Part shown: positions 51,890 through 64,000 of the stretch, piece after piece
Numbering within the stretch: the stretch's first letter is position 1
How the letters are laid out: each line of letters begins with the position of its first letter
From: Camelus ferus
Lineage: Eukaryota
Assembly (NCBI RefSeq): GCF_009834535.1
Contig: NC_045696.1
Location: 15,192,001-15,256,000, forward strand
Length of the DNA stretch: 64,000 nucleotides
Direction: 5' to 3'
The notes under the pieces: generated by a model
Database searches by the model: none
What the model saw: only the letters and a program-made list of their open reading frames with translations
Told to the model about the DNA's origin: nothing
Program-made: the position numbers and the translations under genes

Positions 51890-54720
51890 AAAATTCCTAA
51901 ATTCCACTCTAATAGTTTTCCCCCAATTCTGATATGCTGAGTTTTCCTTTTCATTCAGTTCTAAATACTTTCCAGTTTCTCTCTTGATTTCCTATTTAAT
52001 GCATGGTTGTCTAGAAGTGGGAAACTAAATTACAGTTCCCAAGTATTTGAGAATTTTTCCAGTTGTCTTTCTTTTATCAATTTATATTGTAATTTTATTG
52101 TGTTTCAAGAATATTATGTCGTTTCTTTTAACTTTATGTGTTCATGTCATATTACTTGAATACCTGTACATTAATTGGGACTTGCTTTATGGCCTATAGT
52201 ATAGACTATCTTGGTGAATGTTATGTGTCAGTTTAAAAAGAACAGATGATCTGCTGTTGTTTGGTGAAGTGTTCTGTAAATATCAATTAGGTCATATTGG
52301 TTGAAAGTGATATTGTTATTACTACATTTTCGATGATTGTCTACTTACTTATTCTATCAGATATTGAGAGAGAGTATTGACTCCTCTGACTATAAATGCA
52401 GATTTGTCTATTTTTCCTTGCATTTCTATTAGTTTTGGTTTTTTGTATGTTGAAGCGTCAGTCTTAGGTGCGTTAATATTTAGGATTGTTTTCTTGATGA
52501 CTCACTTCTATTCTGTTACAAAATGTCTTTGTTGTTCTGAAACCTAATTTATTTGATATAAATAAAGCTATAACAGCTTTCTTTAGATTAGTGTCAGTAT
52601 GGTGTATTTTTTCACATGTTTTTACTTTTAATCTGTTCATTTCTTTACGATTTAAGTATATTTCATTTAGGCAGCATATAGTTGGATTTTGCTTTTTATA
52701 CAAACTGACAGACTATTTTTTAACTGAGTTATTGAAATAATTTAGATTTAGTGTGTTATAGATATGTTTATGGTTAAATCTTGTCTAACTGTATATTTTC
52801 TCTTAGTTTATCTTTTCTTTGTTCCTTTTTCCTCTTTTTTTCTGCTTTCTTTGGGATTAATTATGTATTTTCATGATTCTATTTGTCAGCTTATTAGCTA
52901 TAAATCTTTCTTTTATTGTTTTAGTGGTAACTTGAGTATTTATAGTGTAAGTCTTTAACTTAGAGCCATCTGCTTTAAGTAGAGTTATAATACTTTATTT
53001 ATATTGTACAAAACTTACAATAATATATTTCCACTTCTCTCGTGCTAAACTTTGTCATATTTTTGCCATACATTTTACTTGTACATATTTCATAAACCCC
53101 ACACAATGCTGCCATTGCTTTTCATTTAAAAACTGAATTATCTTTCAAAGATATTGAAACAATAAGAAATGATGCTTATGTAATTATCTATGTAGTATAT
53201 TTCAGTTGTTTTTCATTTCTTTGCATAGATACAGATTTGCATCTAGTATTATTTTCTCTCTGTCTCAAGGGACTCTTTTTATATTCTTGTAGCACAGAGA
53301 CACTGGTGATGAAACTGTTCAGATTTTATACATATGAAGACCTCCTTATTTTGCTTTTATTTTTGAGAGAATGTTTCTGCTAGGTACAGAATTCTAAATT
53401 GACAAGATTGTGTTTTAACACTTTAAAATGTTGATCCATTCTCTTTTTGATTTGACTCTTTCCAATCAGAGACACTGATGTTATTCTCATCTCTCCTCCT
53501 ATGTACATACCACATGCTTTTGTTTTTTATTGTTTTTCCGCAGTCTAACAGCTTTTAAGATTTCCTCTTTATCATTGATTTTGAGAAATTTAATTATGAT
53601 ATTCCTTGGTATAATCTTCCTCATTTTTCTAGTCCTTTTTGGCTTATTGATATTTTTGGATCTGTCAATTTAGAGTTTTCATCAAATTTAGAAATATTTG
53701 TCCATTATTTCTGCAAATATCTTTCTTTTACTGAGGCTTGGTTTGATCTCTAAAAGTTTGGCATGAGTTTTCTAAAAATATCTTCCAGATCTCTTCATAA
53801 ATTTTTGTACATATGCAATATAGTTAAAATAATCATGTGAATGTCTTTGCCTGCTAATTCTAGCATCTATGGTAATTCAGGTAAGTTTTAAGTCTATTTT
53901 TATTCTCATCATGATTTGTATTTTCTGATTCTTTGAATGACAAAAAATCTTTCAGTGGACCCCAGATGTTGCACATTTTGCCTTATGTTTGCTAAGAATT
54001 TTTCTATTCTGATAAATCAACTCAGCTTTATTCTGGTTGCAATTAAGTTGCTTGGAAACACTTTGATCTTTTCAGGTTTTGCTTTTAAGCTTGTTTTTAG
54101 GCACAACTGGAAAGGTGCTTGGACTAGGAATAAGCACTTTCTACTGCTGAGGCAACTGCCATCTGAGTCCTCTACCAAATAACCTGATTCATGAGTTTCT
54201 CCAGTCTATCCAGCAGACACAGGCACTATTCCTCATCCTTTGTGAGTACCTAGCATAATTAACTCTAATCTCTTCCTATGGGTGTTTCCTTGACCTCATG
54301 GAGTTTCCTCGCATGCATGCACCAACTCATATTCAGATGAGTAACTAGGGCAGAACCTGCAGAGTTTCCATTTTGTCCAGCAATCTCCTCTCTAGTACTC
54401 AGTCCCGCAAACTCCATTGACTTTATCATCCCTGTACCCTCATCTCTGTTTCTCTCTCTCTTGACCTCAGGGTTTCCACCAGACTTGCCTGTGTTTCCTC
54501 TCCTTACCTGGTGGCATGGAACCCCTCTCAAGGCAGTAAGCGGGGGCAATTATAGGGCTTTCCTCATTTTTCCCTCTAACAGGTTACTGTCTTGAATTAT
54601 ATCATATCTAGCTCTAGTGCCTTAAAAACCATCATTTCACATATGTTATCTGTGTTTTGATGGTTTTATGCAGGAGTGTAAATCTGCCAAATTACCCCAT
54701 CTTGTTTGAGAATAGAAGTC
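51890..54720 (-). mobile_element. Old L1M 5' portion: 5'UTR, ORF1 remnant and decayed ORF2 endonuclease
   Basis: Minus ORF 52473-52703 KKQNPTICCLNEIYL...NRLKVKTCEKIHHTDTNLKKAVIALFISNK matches the L1 ORF2 endonuclease; L1M 5' terminus TTACCCCATCTTG...AGAAGTC at about 54720. Confidence 0.85.
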
Positions 54721-55034
54721 TCAGTTCTCTTTAATATGACACCATAAGATAAACCCATAGAGAATATTATTTCAATGCCACAACATTGGGGCAATATTAA
54801 TATCTGCAATATTTAAATCACTTATTCTGATTCTCACTAAGTTAATCCAGGTGAACCTTGGTTCTTCTAAGTATCTTAATCCTCCAAAGCAATTGACATT
54901 TCTGACCCCTGCCATTCAGGAGCAAACCTTAAAATGCCTTGTAATTAAAATAAATTAATCCTTTTTTGCTTAAGGGTAAAAACTTAGGGGAAAATACAGG
55001 TTATCACACTATTTCTAATTTTTAGCAGAGACTT

Positions 55035-55072
55035 TATATATATGTATACACACATATATATGTATATATATG
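55035..55072. repeat. (TA)n-rich microsatellite
   Basis: Direct read. Confidence 0.8.
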
Positions 55073-56859
55073 ACAGAGAGGGAGGCACAGAATGAAAGAG
55101 AATGAAAGAAACAGAAAAGGAAGTGATATGTGCACTTGAAATTTCTCTCTAAATGCTATTTTTCTAGCTAGGATTTCAGTGCATATAAAGTTCACAGGGC
55201 ATAAAGCCGTTAGCAATTTTACATTCCTACTATAAAATAAAATACATGTCTTCTTTTTTAGACCACTTAAAAGATTACCAAAACCAAAAGGGTGTACAAA
55301 GACAGACAATCATACATTTAATCATCATTAAAAAAAAAAAACACTCTGTAGCAGAAATCATACTAATTTTTCAAGTCTCTAATAATGAGTTCAAGATGGA
55401 CTAACCACAATTTGCTGAATCCTTGCAGATTCTGTATTGTCTTTAGGACAAGAGACTTACACTTTCACAGTATGTTTTTCTTCAAGAGGCCTCAGATCAC
55501 TGAGACTTTCTCCACCCTCATGAGTTTCACCATGAAATGATTCACCATGGGTGGGGAGTGTGGATATCACTCTTCATAAGCCCACCAGTGTGGTCTTGGC
55601 AGTTACTTGAATCTACTGGAAAAATGGAACAGAACACAAGGAATCCATCACTTTATAATGTTTTTTGCTACACAGGAACTAGTCTTACAATAACATTCTG
55701 CATGAGTGCAAAAAAGTCTTACAAATATGTGAAATATATATTTTTTAATGTTTTCTGTTTTATATAGATGTTTATCTCTATTTGGAGTCTATCAGAAATA
55801 TCAGTAGTAAAATTTACTTACTGGAAATTAGAACCATCCTCTAAGACCACCAAACCAAAGTCATTTAGATTTTAAGATTTTTAATCATATCTTAAATTTT
55901 GCCAAGCCAATTTATTATATATTAGGGGAAGAGTCATTTTCCTGATAATGCAAGAAAGGAAATAATCACAGAAAAGTACCGCCCTAACCAGCCCTCACTG
56001 TCTGGCTTTAGCTTGAAATAACATCAGTGGCTAGTCTTGCTCCATCTTGTGATGATCAACAACTCATAAAACTGCGACAGGGGCAAAATTTTTATCTTTG
56101 TTTAGCTCACGTTCAAAAGTAAATTGAAAGAAAACTGACCAAAGCTAAGTAGCTTTTGTGTTAGTGAAAAAAAAAAAATTAGCAAATATAAATGTTCAGA
56201 TTGTTCTTTGGGATATTTTTAATACATGTCTGTAAAACTTGGTTTATGATATTTATTGAATGTGTTATTAATCACTTTTGAAATCTTGAACAGAAAAAGA
56301 GAAGAATTTACAACAGAGTATCTGTTTTGATTTTAAGTGTCTGATCAATAGGCCTGTTTTCTCAAATATGGAAACAGCCGAAAGGATGCAAGAAATCAAC
56401 AGGCCTGTGGAGGTGTGTGAGCATCACACTTAGTAATGATAAAAGGTGGGAATCAGAAGTGGCTGAGATGCATGGTCATAATTGAATTCCTAATGCCATA
56501 ATCAATAATTTAATTTTACCCCCCAAACTGCTGGTTTCCCACCTCGAGGAAAGTACCTGGCTTACTACAAGGCTCCCATGAAAGCAGAAAGCAAGAGGTT
56601 TCAGAAAAGACTGAGCTAAGCTTACTGAGTTTGCTTTGTGATAGTTCAACACATTGTGAAGTACATATTAATCTTCATTCCCTTTATACCAATATTTTAA
56701 TCGCATTGCTTAAAAGCTGCAAGACATCCTTGCATTTTAACCTTGAAATTAGACTTTTTCAACAGTGCACAGTGGCAAGTAACAATAGTGTGAGTTTCCT
56801 TTGTAAGTGAATACATTTAACAGATGGATTTCACATTACAAAAAAATAAAATTTCATAG

Positions 56860-57005
56860 CCAGAAAGATCTTAGTGATATCACATGTAAATATCTCCCCT
56901 AATGAATGAAGAAACTGTAGCTCAGAAAGGTGAAGTGATGTGCCCAATATTCCCCAAGATTTTGATGGCAGAAGTGGCCTTGAAACACATGCCTTTTCAC
57001 TGCCG
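56860..57005 (-). mobile_element. MIR SINE
   Basis: ATGAAGAAACTGTAGCTCAGAAAGGTGAAGTGATGTGCCCAA...TGGCAGAAGTGGCCTTGAAAC. Confidence 0.8.
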
Positions 57006-57199
57006 TATTTTCTTGGATCGTGAACTTCACAAGAACGTCTCAGGTTTCCTCGCCCTCGACCGTCACTCTGTAGGACATGACCGTTAGAGCAGGCTGGCCT
57101 TCTCCCAGGTTGATTAGGCTCTGATAACACACCAGCAATTTAAGGTCGGCTTAACTTGTTCCTGAGGGCAAGCCATCTAAGAAGAATACCTCTACTCCA

Positions 57200-57385
57200 G
57201 GATTTTTCTCCAGTATTTACTGTGCGAACCTGGTTGAGCTCCCAGGTGTAATTCTGACAATCTCCCCCATCTTATGGATCCAAGAAGTGGTGTTGATTTT
57301 TGAGTCTGTTCAGCTTTTCACGTGTTACTAGGATGGAGTGGCAACTTCCAAGCTCTTGACATGAGGAATTAGAAACTAGAGATTC
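57200..57385 (-). mobile_element. L1MC-type 5' end fragment
   Basis: ATGGATCCAAGAAGTGGTGTTGATTTT...TGTTCAGCTTTT...GGATGGAGTGGCAACTTCCAAGCTC. Confidence 0.65.
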
Positions 57386-59202
57386 TATATTTGTTTTCAT
57401 ATTTTATCTTTTCAGTAATGCCAGATGTTTATAAACATGACTAAAACTTAGAAAATCCAAGGATACAGCTGTTCCATTTTTCATAACCCCAAGAGAATTA
57501 ATATTAAATTCACCCTCCATTTTTACCCAAACTTGCATACATTGACACATTTTTTTGAATGTTTTTCTTCCTCTTTTTATGCTTGTAAATATTCTTCAAT
57601 CTTTTAAAAATCAACACTGTTTTCTGGTTGGAGAAGTGGCTTTCACTGTGTTCCTCACAGCTGGGTGAATAGATTTCCTTGGGAATGCCATCAAAATATA
57701 AGCCCATCTTCTGAGTGTTTTCATAAGTCATCATAAATGTTTTTTTTTTTTTGCAGGGGGCCAGGATTTGAATTTTTTTACCAACTGAATGATGTAAAGA
57801 TTACCTGCATGAGAATGTTCCTCTTCGTATCATGAAGAAGTTGCCTTTTCACTACTTAAGAAAGAAAGTTTTCCTTCAAAGTCAGGGGGATATTCCTTTG
57901 TTTTCCATTCCATTTCTGTGTGACCACAAGTCCACCTCCTCCTAGAGGAGTCTCGGGTTGGGGAGAGAGTTGTGTTTCTCCTTCTCTTTGGGGCCCAAAT
58001 TAAGCCCCAGGTGCTGTTTCTTCAGACTTCCCATCAATGCTTTAATCATGGTGCAAACTAAGCTAAATAAAAACCAAGCCATTTCCTGCCTCATTCACAG
58101 TCTTCTGCGTATTATGGTTAATGGTCAAGAAAATTAGTCCCATTCATTGTAAAGATACTGTGTTTAAACAGTTTGTAAAGTGAAACCTTTAAATTTCCAA
58201 TTATTTTCTATCCACATTAGAGAATGCCATTGAAATATCTGTAATATTTGATACATCCTTTAACACGGCGCTCCTTTAGTCAGAAGAAAACAAATTCTTC
58301 TCTTCCAAGGAAAAAAGAAAAAAAAATGAGGCTCTATGTTAGTATGAAAAAGAAAAAAAAAGGGGGAAAGATCTTATTAATGCCTTTTCATTGTTTCAAT
58401 AAATCTATATTTCAAATAAATTTGAATGAAATATGTCCTTCATTTTATTTACGATAAAAAAATTACTATTAATGACTTGAAAACTATATAAAATGTACCA
58501 AGCTCAACCCAAAAAAATAATTATCACAACCCATTTTTCATTGCATATACTCATTAAAATTATTCCCAATGCAATTCATATTTTCTATGTGAAAATTAAG
58601 TATAATTATTGTGATAAGGATAATACTGAATTTTACCTTCATTAGTCTGCAAAGACAAGCTACTTGTTTGTTATGTTCATTTTTCTAGTATTTCACATTA
58701 GTTAAGGAGAAATATATTTTAAATATACTATCTATGGTATTCTTGAGTTTTAATTTTTTAATAAAATCTCATCTCCAGTGTAAAATATAATAATGAGAAT
58801 GCTGAATTCAGCAGGAAAATGAACTTTCCATATCATATTCACTTTTTTTTTTACCTGAATACCTACTTCTTTGGCAAATCTTGACTGAAAAATAAATGAT
58901 AAGCATATAATGATCAAAGAAATTGGTAACTTTATGATTAATATTAGCACTCTATGTTTTCTTTAAGAAGAAAGAAAAGAAGTAGACATAAAAAACACAG
59001 CAATTGCTGCTATAATTTAATTCTCTCTTACTCTAAGTTAAGCAGTTTAGTGAGTAACCTATGTTATATCTATACAATTTTTTAAGTTATCAACTGTCTC
59101 TGTTTATAGTAAATATAAGCCAAGAAATTATGTCAGTTATCCTAGGTCACATCACCAGTAAATCTTAGAGACAGAAAACACATTTTTATATACACTTCCC
59201 TC

Positions 59203-59618
59203 AAGTATTAGTAGGAGAGACCAATCTACTATAACAAAGAGATTCCAACTGCAGTAACAGTAAGGGAAAAATGAGGCAATTTCTTTCTCCTTCTTATGTA
59301 CAAGTTCGAGAAAAGCACGGTGGATTGTCCAGTGGCTCATCAACCAGGAATACATATCCCTTTTCATTTTGTGGTTCTGTTATCCTTAAGGCCTTGATGT
59401 ACGGTCTCAGCTGGGCCATCAGCAGGAACTGTCAGCAGGATGGAAGAAGAAAGAACTTGAAGGAGCCATGTTAATAACTTTTTGCCAATAGAGTAGTTAA
59501 CTGAAGGAAGGCTGAAAATGGAGTCTAGCTAGGCAACCACGTGCACAGTTCTCACTCTATTACCAATGAAGAAAAGAGGTAAGGACTTGGCTATGGACAC
59601 TTGGGAGTTGCCACCACA
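59203..59618 (-). mobile_element. Old MaLR LTR (MLT1I/J-like)
   Basis: CAGCAGGATGGAAGAAG...GAAGGCTGAAAATGGAGTCT...CCACGTGCACAG...TCTATTAC...GCCACCACA. Confidence 0.65.
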
Positions 59619-60084
59619 ACACAGATTAATGTGATTTTAATTAGATCTACGTTGTTGGCCATCAGTCGTGAGCCTTTCTCATCATCTCACCACACAGCTT
59701 CAGAAGCCATCCACATATTTCAATTTGGCCATTTCAAAACTAATAAACTCCAAATCAATTTCATCGTAGCTCTTCTCTCCTAAACCAAAGTGTCTTTCTA
59801 AATGCACCACCTTGACCAAAGACCAATGACTAGTTTTCCAATCAGGAAATCTTTAAACTCTTTATTTTGCTTCATACGTTTCATTCATGAAGTCTTTCCA
59901 GATTTCTTTAAAGCAGCAATTATATTCATCCTTTTCATGAATAATTGTATCCATTATTTTTTTTCTTCTGTTATAATCACAGAGTAATCGTCCTTTATTA
60001 ATATCACAAATTCAGATTCATTAACAGCCTACTACATGCCAGGTACTCTGCTTAATGTTGAAGAAACAATGATAAACAAAAATG

Positions 60085-60302
60085 AATAACAATAGCTATT
60101 ATTTATATGGTACCTCCCCTATGCCATGTTCTATTCTATGCATTTAACATAAACTCACTTATTTCTCACAGGAATTCTAAAAAGATATTCAGATGACAAC
60201 ACAAGGATCTATAAGAATTAAGTAACTTTTCATGTTTATTTTCTAGAGCTTGGATTTGAACTTGGTCTCTAATATCCATACTCTTCATCTAGTAGACTCT
60301 AT
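60085..60302 (-). mobile_element. MIR SINE nested in L2
   Basis: AATAACAATAGCTATTATTTAT...CTATGCCA...TTAAGTAACTT...GGATTTGAACTTGGTCT. Confidence 0.65.
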
Positions 60303-60442
60303 GATCTTGCCTAATAGAAGTTACTGTCTAGTGAAAAACGTTACAGGGTAAATAAGTGTACAGATAAAATATTGTACAGACTGTGATAATTGCTACAAAA
60401 GAAAAAATACAGTGACTATTTCAACTGTTAAGAATGTTTCTT

Positions 60443-60916
60443 GACTGGATAAATTTATACAATGGAATACTATTCAGCCATAAAAACTGACAACATAACA
60501 CCATTTGCAGCAATATGGATGCTCCTGGAGAATGTCATTCTAAGTGAAGTAAGCCAGAAAGAGAAAGAAAAATACCATATGAGATCACTCATATGTGGAA
60601 TCTAAAAAACAAAAGCAAAAAAAACAAAGCATAAATACAAAACAGAAATAGACTCAGACATAGAATACAAACTTGTGGTTGCCAAGGGGGTGGAGGGTGG
60701 GAAGGGATAGACGGGATTTTAAAATTGTAGAATAGATAAACAAGATTATACTGTAAAGCACAGGGAAATATACACAAGATCTTATGGTAGCTCAGAGAGA
60801 AAAAAATGTGACAATGAATATATATATGTTCATGTATAACTGAAAAATTGTGCTCTACACTGGAATTTGACACAGCATTGTAAAATGATTATAAATCAAT
60901 AAAAAATTAAAAAAAA
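60443..60916 (+). mobile_element. Young 5'-truncated camelid-type L1 with 13-bp TSD
   Basis: TACAATGGAATACTATTCAGCCATAAAAA...TCTAAGTGAAGTAAGCCAGAAAGAGAAAG...TCAATAAAAAA plus A tail; AAGAATGTTTCTT at 60430-60442 and 60917-60929. Confidence 0.95.
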
Positions 60917-61980
60917 AAGAATGTTTCTTCAGGAAGTGAAGGAGAATGAGCAGGAGTTAAATCTTCCAAGCAGAGAACACAATGAGGACAAGGAGTCAAA
61001 TGAACCAGGAAGAGCAGAACACCTTGGGAACAGAAAGACCACGCGTCTAGAGCTGAGACGTGGAGTGTGCCAGTGAGGCTGGAGAGTGACCAATAGGCCT
61101 GATCTTGCATCTCTCTTTAAGTGGTTTTAAATTATTACTTTCTTGTAACAGGCAATGAAAAATTTCTTATGCAAAGGAGTGACATCATCTGATTCAAATT
61201 TTAAGATCTCCCTCAGGTTGCTATGCATTGCATAGATTACAAGGGGGTAGCGTGGATGTGGGTAAAGCTTTTAAGGAACCAAGGAAGCAGTATCAGATGA
61301 CAGCAGTTTGGACTAAAACGATGCTGATGGCACAGGTGGCAAGAAGTACATGAAATAAAGATAAACTTAGAAGGTAAATCAGTAGGACTGGTGATTGATC
61401 GGATACGAGCATGAGTGAGAGAATGTATTGTCAGGGTTAATGTCTGACTTTTAGCCCTACATCATGTCACTCATGGAGATAGGGAACCATGCCCTCAAGG
61501 GGGTCCAGGTTCAGGGAATGATGATCTTGAGTTCAATTTTCGGCTTATTGGGTTTGTGGTGATATTTAAATATCCAACTGGACAAGTCTAGAAGAAAGTT
61601 GGATTATGTGAACTGGACATAAAAATTTGGGAATCACCTGAATGTTTAAGCTGAAAATTAATGAGATAATGAGGGTAATGAAAAAATATTGGCTAAAAGA
61701 GGACGATCTCTGAAAGGGAACTGGAACAGAATAGCTGGACAAACTGTAACTGGTTTACTCCCCAAACCTCCATACTTATGCATCTCACTTTATCCCACTC
61801 CTCTTACTATTCATTCTACATAATGTTGTTGGTGTAATTTCCTTTAAATATGTCTATCAAAAGTCACCAGTCCTGTATGCTGCTGCTAATTTTCTCTTAC
61901 TGAATGCTTACATGTTTAATAAGATATCATATGAAATTTTACTATAACAATTGTATTCAGATAAAAAGAACAATCCAACT

Positions 61981-62180
61981 GGGGGTAGGGGATTAAGAGG
62001 TACAAATTACTCTGTATAAAATAAGCTACAAGGATATATTGTACCCAGGGAATAGCCAATATTTTATAATTACTATAAATGGAGTATAACCTTTAAAAAG
62101 TTGTGAATCACTATATTGGATACTTGTAACATATAATATTGTACATCACCTATACAGCAATAAAAGAATAAAAATAAATT
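61981..62180 (+). mobile_element. Cetartiodactyl-type L1 3'UTR end
   Basis: GGGATTAAGAGGTACAAATTAC...ATAAGCTACAAGGATATATTGTAC...GGGAATAGCCAATATTTTATAAT...TGTGAATCACTAT. Confidence 0.85.
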
Positions 62181-63889
62181 TTAAATTTGTTTAAATATAA
62201 GAAAAAACTTCATACTAAAAAATATATATAAGAATAGTTAAATAAATGCTCCATTATTTTTGTGTCACCAATTAGCTGCTATTTTGGAAATTGTAGAAAT
62301 ATCTTTCTCAGTTAAAAAAATGGTTAACAGAAATTAAAAAAAAAACATATCTTTAAAAAAACGCATTATCTTATCTTTGTTGTAAAGGTTTATTCTTAGA
62401 GCTTATGCATAGAAATTCAATAACAATTTTGGTATTAAAAAAACGTCTCATTCAAACTATTTTGCACTTCTCTCCAGCCACAACTGTATTAAAACAGACA
62501 GAGCAAATAACTGGATAGACAAAAGACCAGCCACTACAAAGAGCAAGAGAAATCACTGTGGTAAAAGAAAACAGATGATGCAGAAATTAGATACTAAGAT
62601 CACCGTGGAATTTCTGAGAGTAACTATTGACTCAAGAGTGCAAGATGTTTTTGTCTTTAAAACATTATCTGTTGTAAATCTATCCCACTTCAAGCCCACA
62701 CTACTTGATTGACTAATTTACCTTTGTCTAGACTTAATATAGTTCATTTCTTACATACATAAAAACGAACCCATGAAATAGATTCCAAATTTATTTTCTC
62801 CATAGGAAGACAAATAAAAGGGGGTGGGAGACAACTGCAATTATTACCTTTTGTTTTTATCAATGGTCTCACAAGGAAGAGCAACAAAAAAAGGTTATGG
62901 TTTTTTTTTTCTTTTTCTCAAAATCCATTGTGGAGAATATTCAGAGACACATCGATTCAAAAAATATTTGTTGACCAAATGTCCACTTCATTGTACTTTT
63001 TGCACCTCACTGTATTCCTGGTTATAAGTAACATATTAAAACCTTAATCATTTGAATTAAGTTTTGACGCACAACTTGTAACGATGAAGGCTAAAACTGA
63101 TAGCAATTAAATTATCTATCTTAAACATACTAGTCAATTTAAAATGAACATAATTTGACAATGTTAACACATGTGTTCAAGGCTCCTTTTCTACACCATT
63201 TACTTCTAAGTAAATGTTCTGAGTCAGTACATTAAAGAGACAAAATCAGAAATAGTTTCCATTATTATCATTGTTGTTATTGCTATCACTATTATTTTAA
63301 TTCTGTTATGCTAAATACCAGGGCAGTTAAAACACATTTCTCAATACTATGTAGGATGAAAAATAAAATCAGCTACTATACTCAGATCTGTTGGAAACAC
63401 ACCATCTGATAGGTCTATATTGTTCCAATTATATACATTTTGAAGCAACTCTAGATATCTAAAAGATTGTAAAAAGATAATTGACTTTTTAAACTTCAAA
63501 GCAATAAGAATAACTATAGAAATTATTGGTCGAGATAAAAGGAAAAAGAAAGCCAAGAAAAAGTGTCTCACCTGGGAGATTATTTTGCAGAGAACTTGAA
63601 TAAGCTATTTGTTAAAAGCTTAGCTGACAGCTGTCATGTCTAATGGACTCATAATAACATTCAATTATGCTTAAAAAGTCATATAAGAGTGCTATTCTCT
63701 TCTATCCAAAATGCTGCATGATGATCAAAATGATAAGGAAAGATCTAGTTTCACACACAAAAACAGCTTATATTAGGAGCCACAATTCATTTTTTAAATC
63801 GGTAAAGAAAAAAACATTAACCAGCCTGAAATAAAGCATCATATTTGTGCACTTTTGATTCCATACAACTAGGAGAAAAAGGCCTCGCA

Positions 63890-63990
63890 CACTGAGAAGA
63901 GCCTTGAACATGGAACCAGGAGCCTGGGTTTGGATTCTGGCCCATTAACTTTTAATGTTATTATTTGAATATCACATATTTAGTGCTTTC
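63890..63990 (+). mobile_element. MIR 5' fragment
   Basis: AAGAGCCTTGAACATGGAACCAGGAGCCTGGGTTTGGATTCTGGC. Confidence 0.6.
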
Positions 63991-64000
63991 AGTGCTAAGA

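Larger units (their letters stand above)
60010..61690 (-). mobile_element. L2 LINE hosting a MIR and a young L1
   Basis: GCCTACTACATGCCAGGTACTCTG at the terminus; resumes at 60303 and 60930 (GGAGTGACATCATCTGATTC, GAAGGTAAATCAGTAGGACT). Confidence 0.75.

Noticed and set aside
52473..52703. Functional endonuclease CDS
   Set aside because: Short decayed L1 ORF2 remnant; the conserved LQET motif is altered and the frame is broken
1..64000. Host gene direction from repeat strand bias; CRISPR or prokaryotic system; CpG-island promoter
   Set aside because: L1s occur on both strands so direction is unresolved; there are no regularly spaced repeats or gene-dense ORFs, and CpG is depleted throughout

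Overview
This is AT-rich, CpG-poor mammalian non-coding DNA, either intergenic or deep intronic. It is most likely camelid (Camelus/Lama/Vicugna): it carries a Vic-1-like tRNA-derived SINE (about 28841-29007, minus) and a young camelid/cetartiodactyl-type L1 3' end with a perfect 13-bp TSD (60430-60929). I found no credible protein-coding gene, tRNA/rRNA gene, CRISPR array or CpG-island promoter. The supplied ORFs are short chance frames or decayed L1 ORF2 fragments. By rough tally, a third or more of the window is interspersed repeat (L1M/L1, L2, MIR, MaLR/ERVL/ERV1 LTRs, hAT MITEs MER5/MER53/MER58), often nested. The best leads are modest: a MER53 hairpin retaining a near-exact miR-1302 mature sequence, a likely recent L1 insertion, a tiny insertion with retrotransposition-like hallmarks, and several repeat-free motif clusters that may be enhancers. 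I cannot support a previously undescribed biological system. Repeat names come from recalled consensus sequences, and boundaries are approximate (often tens of bp) unless a TSD is cited.
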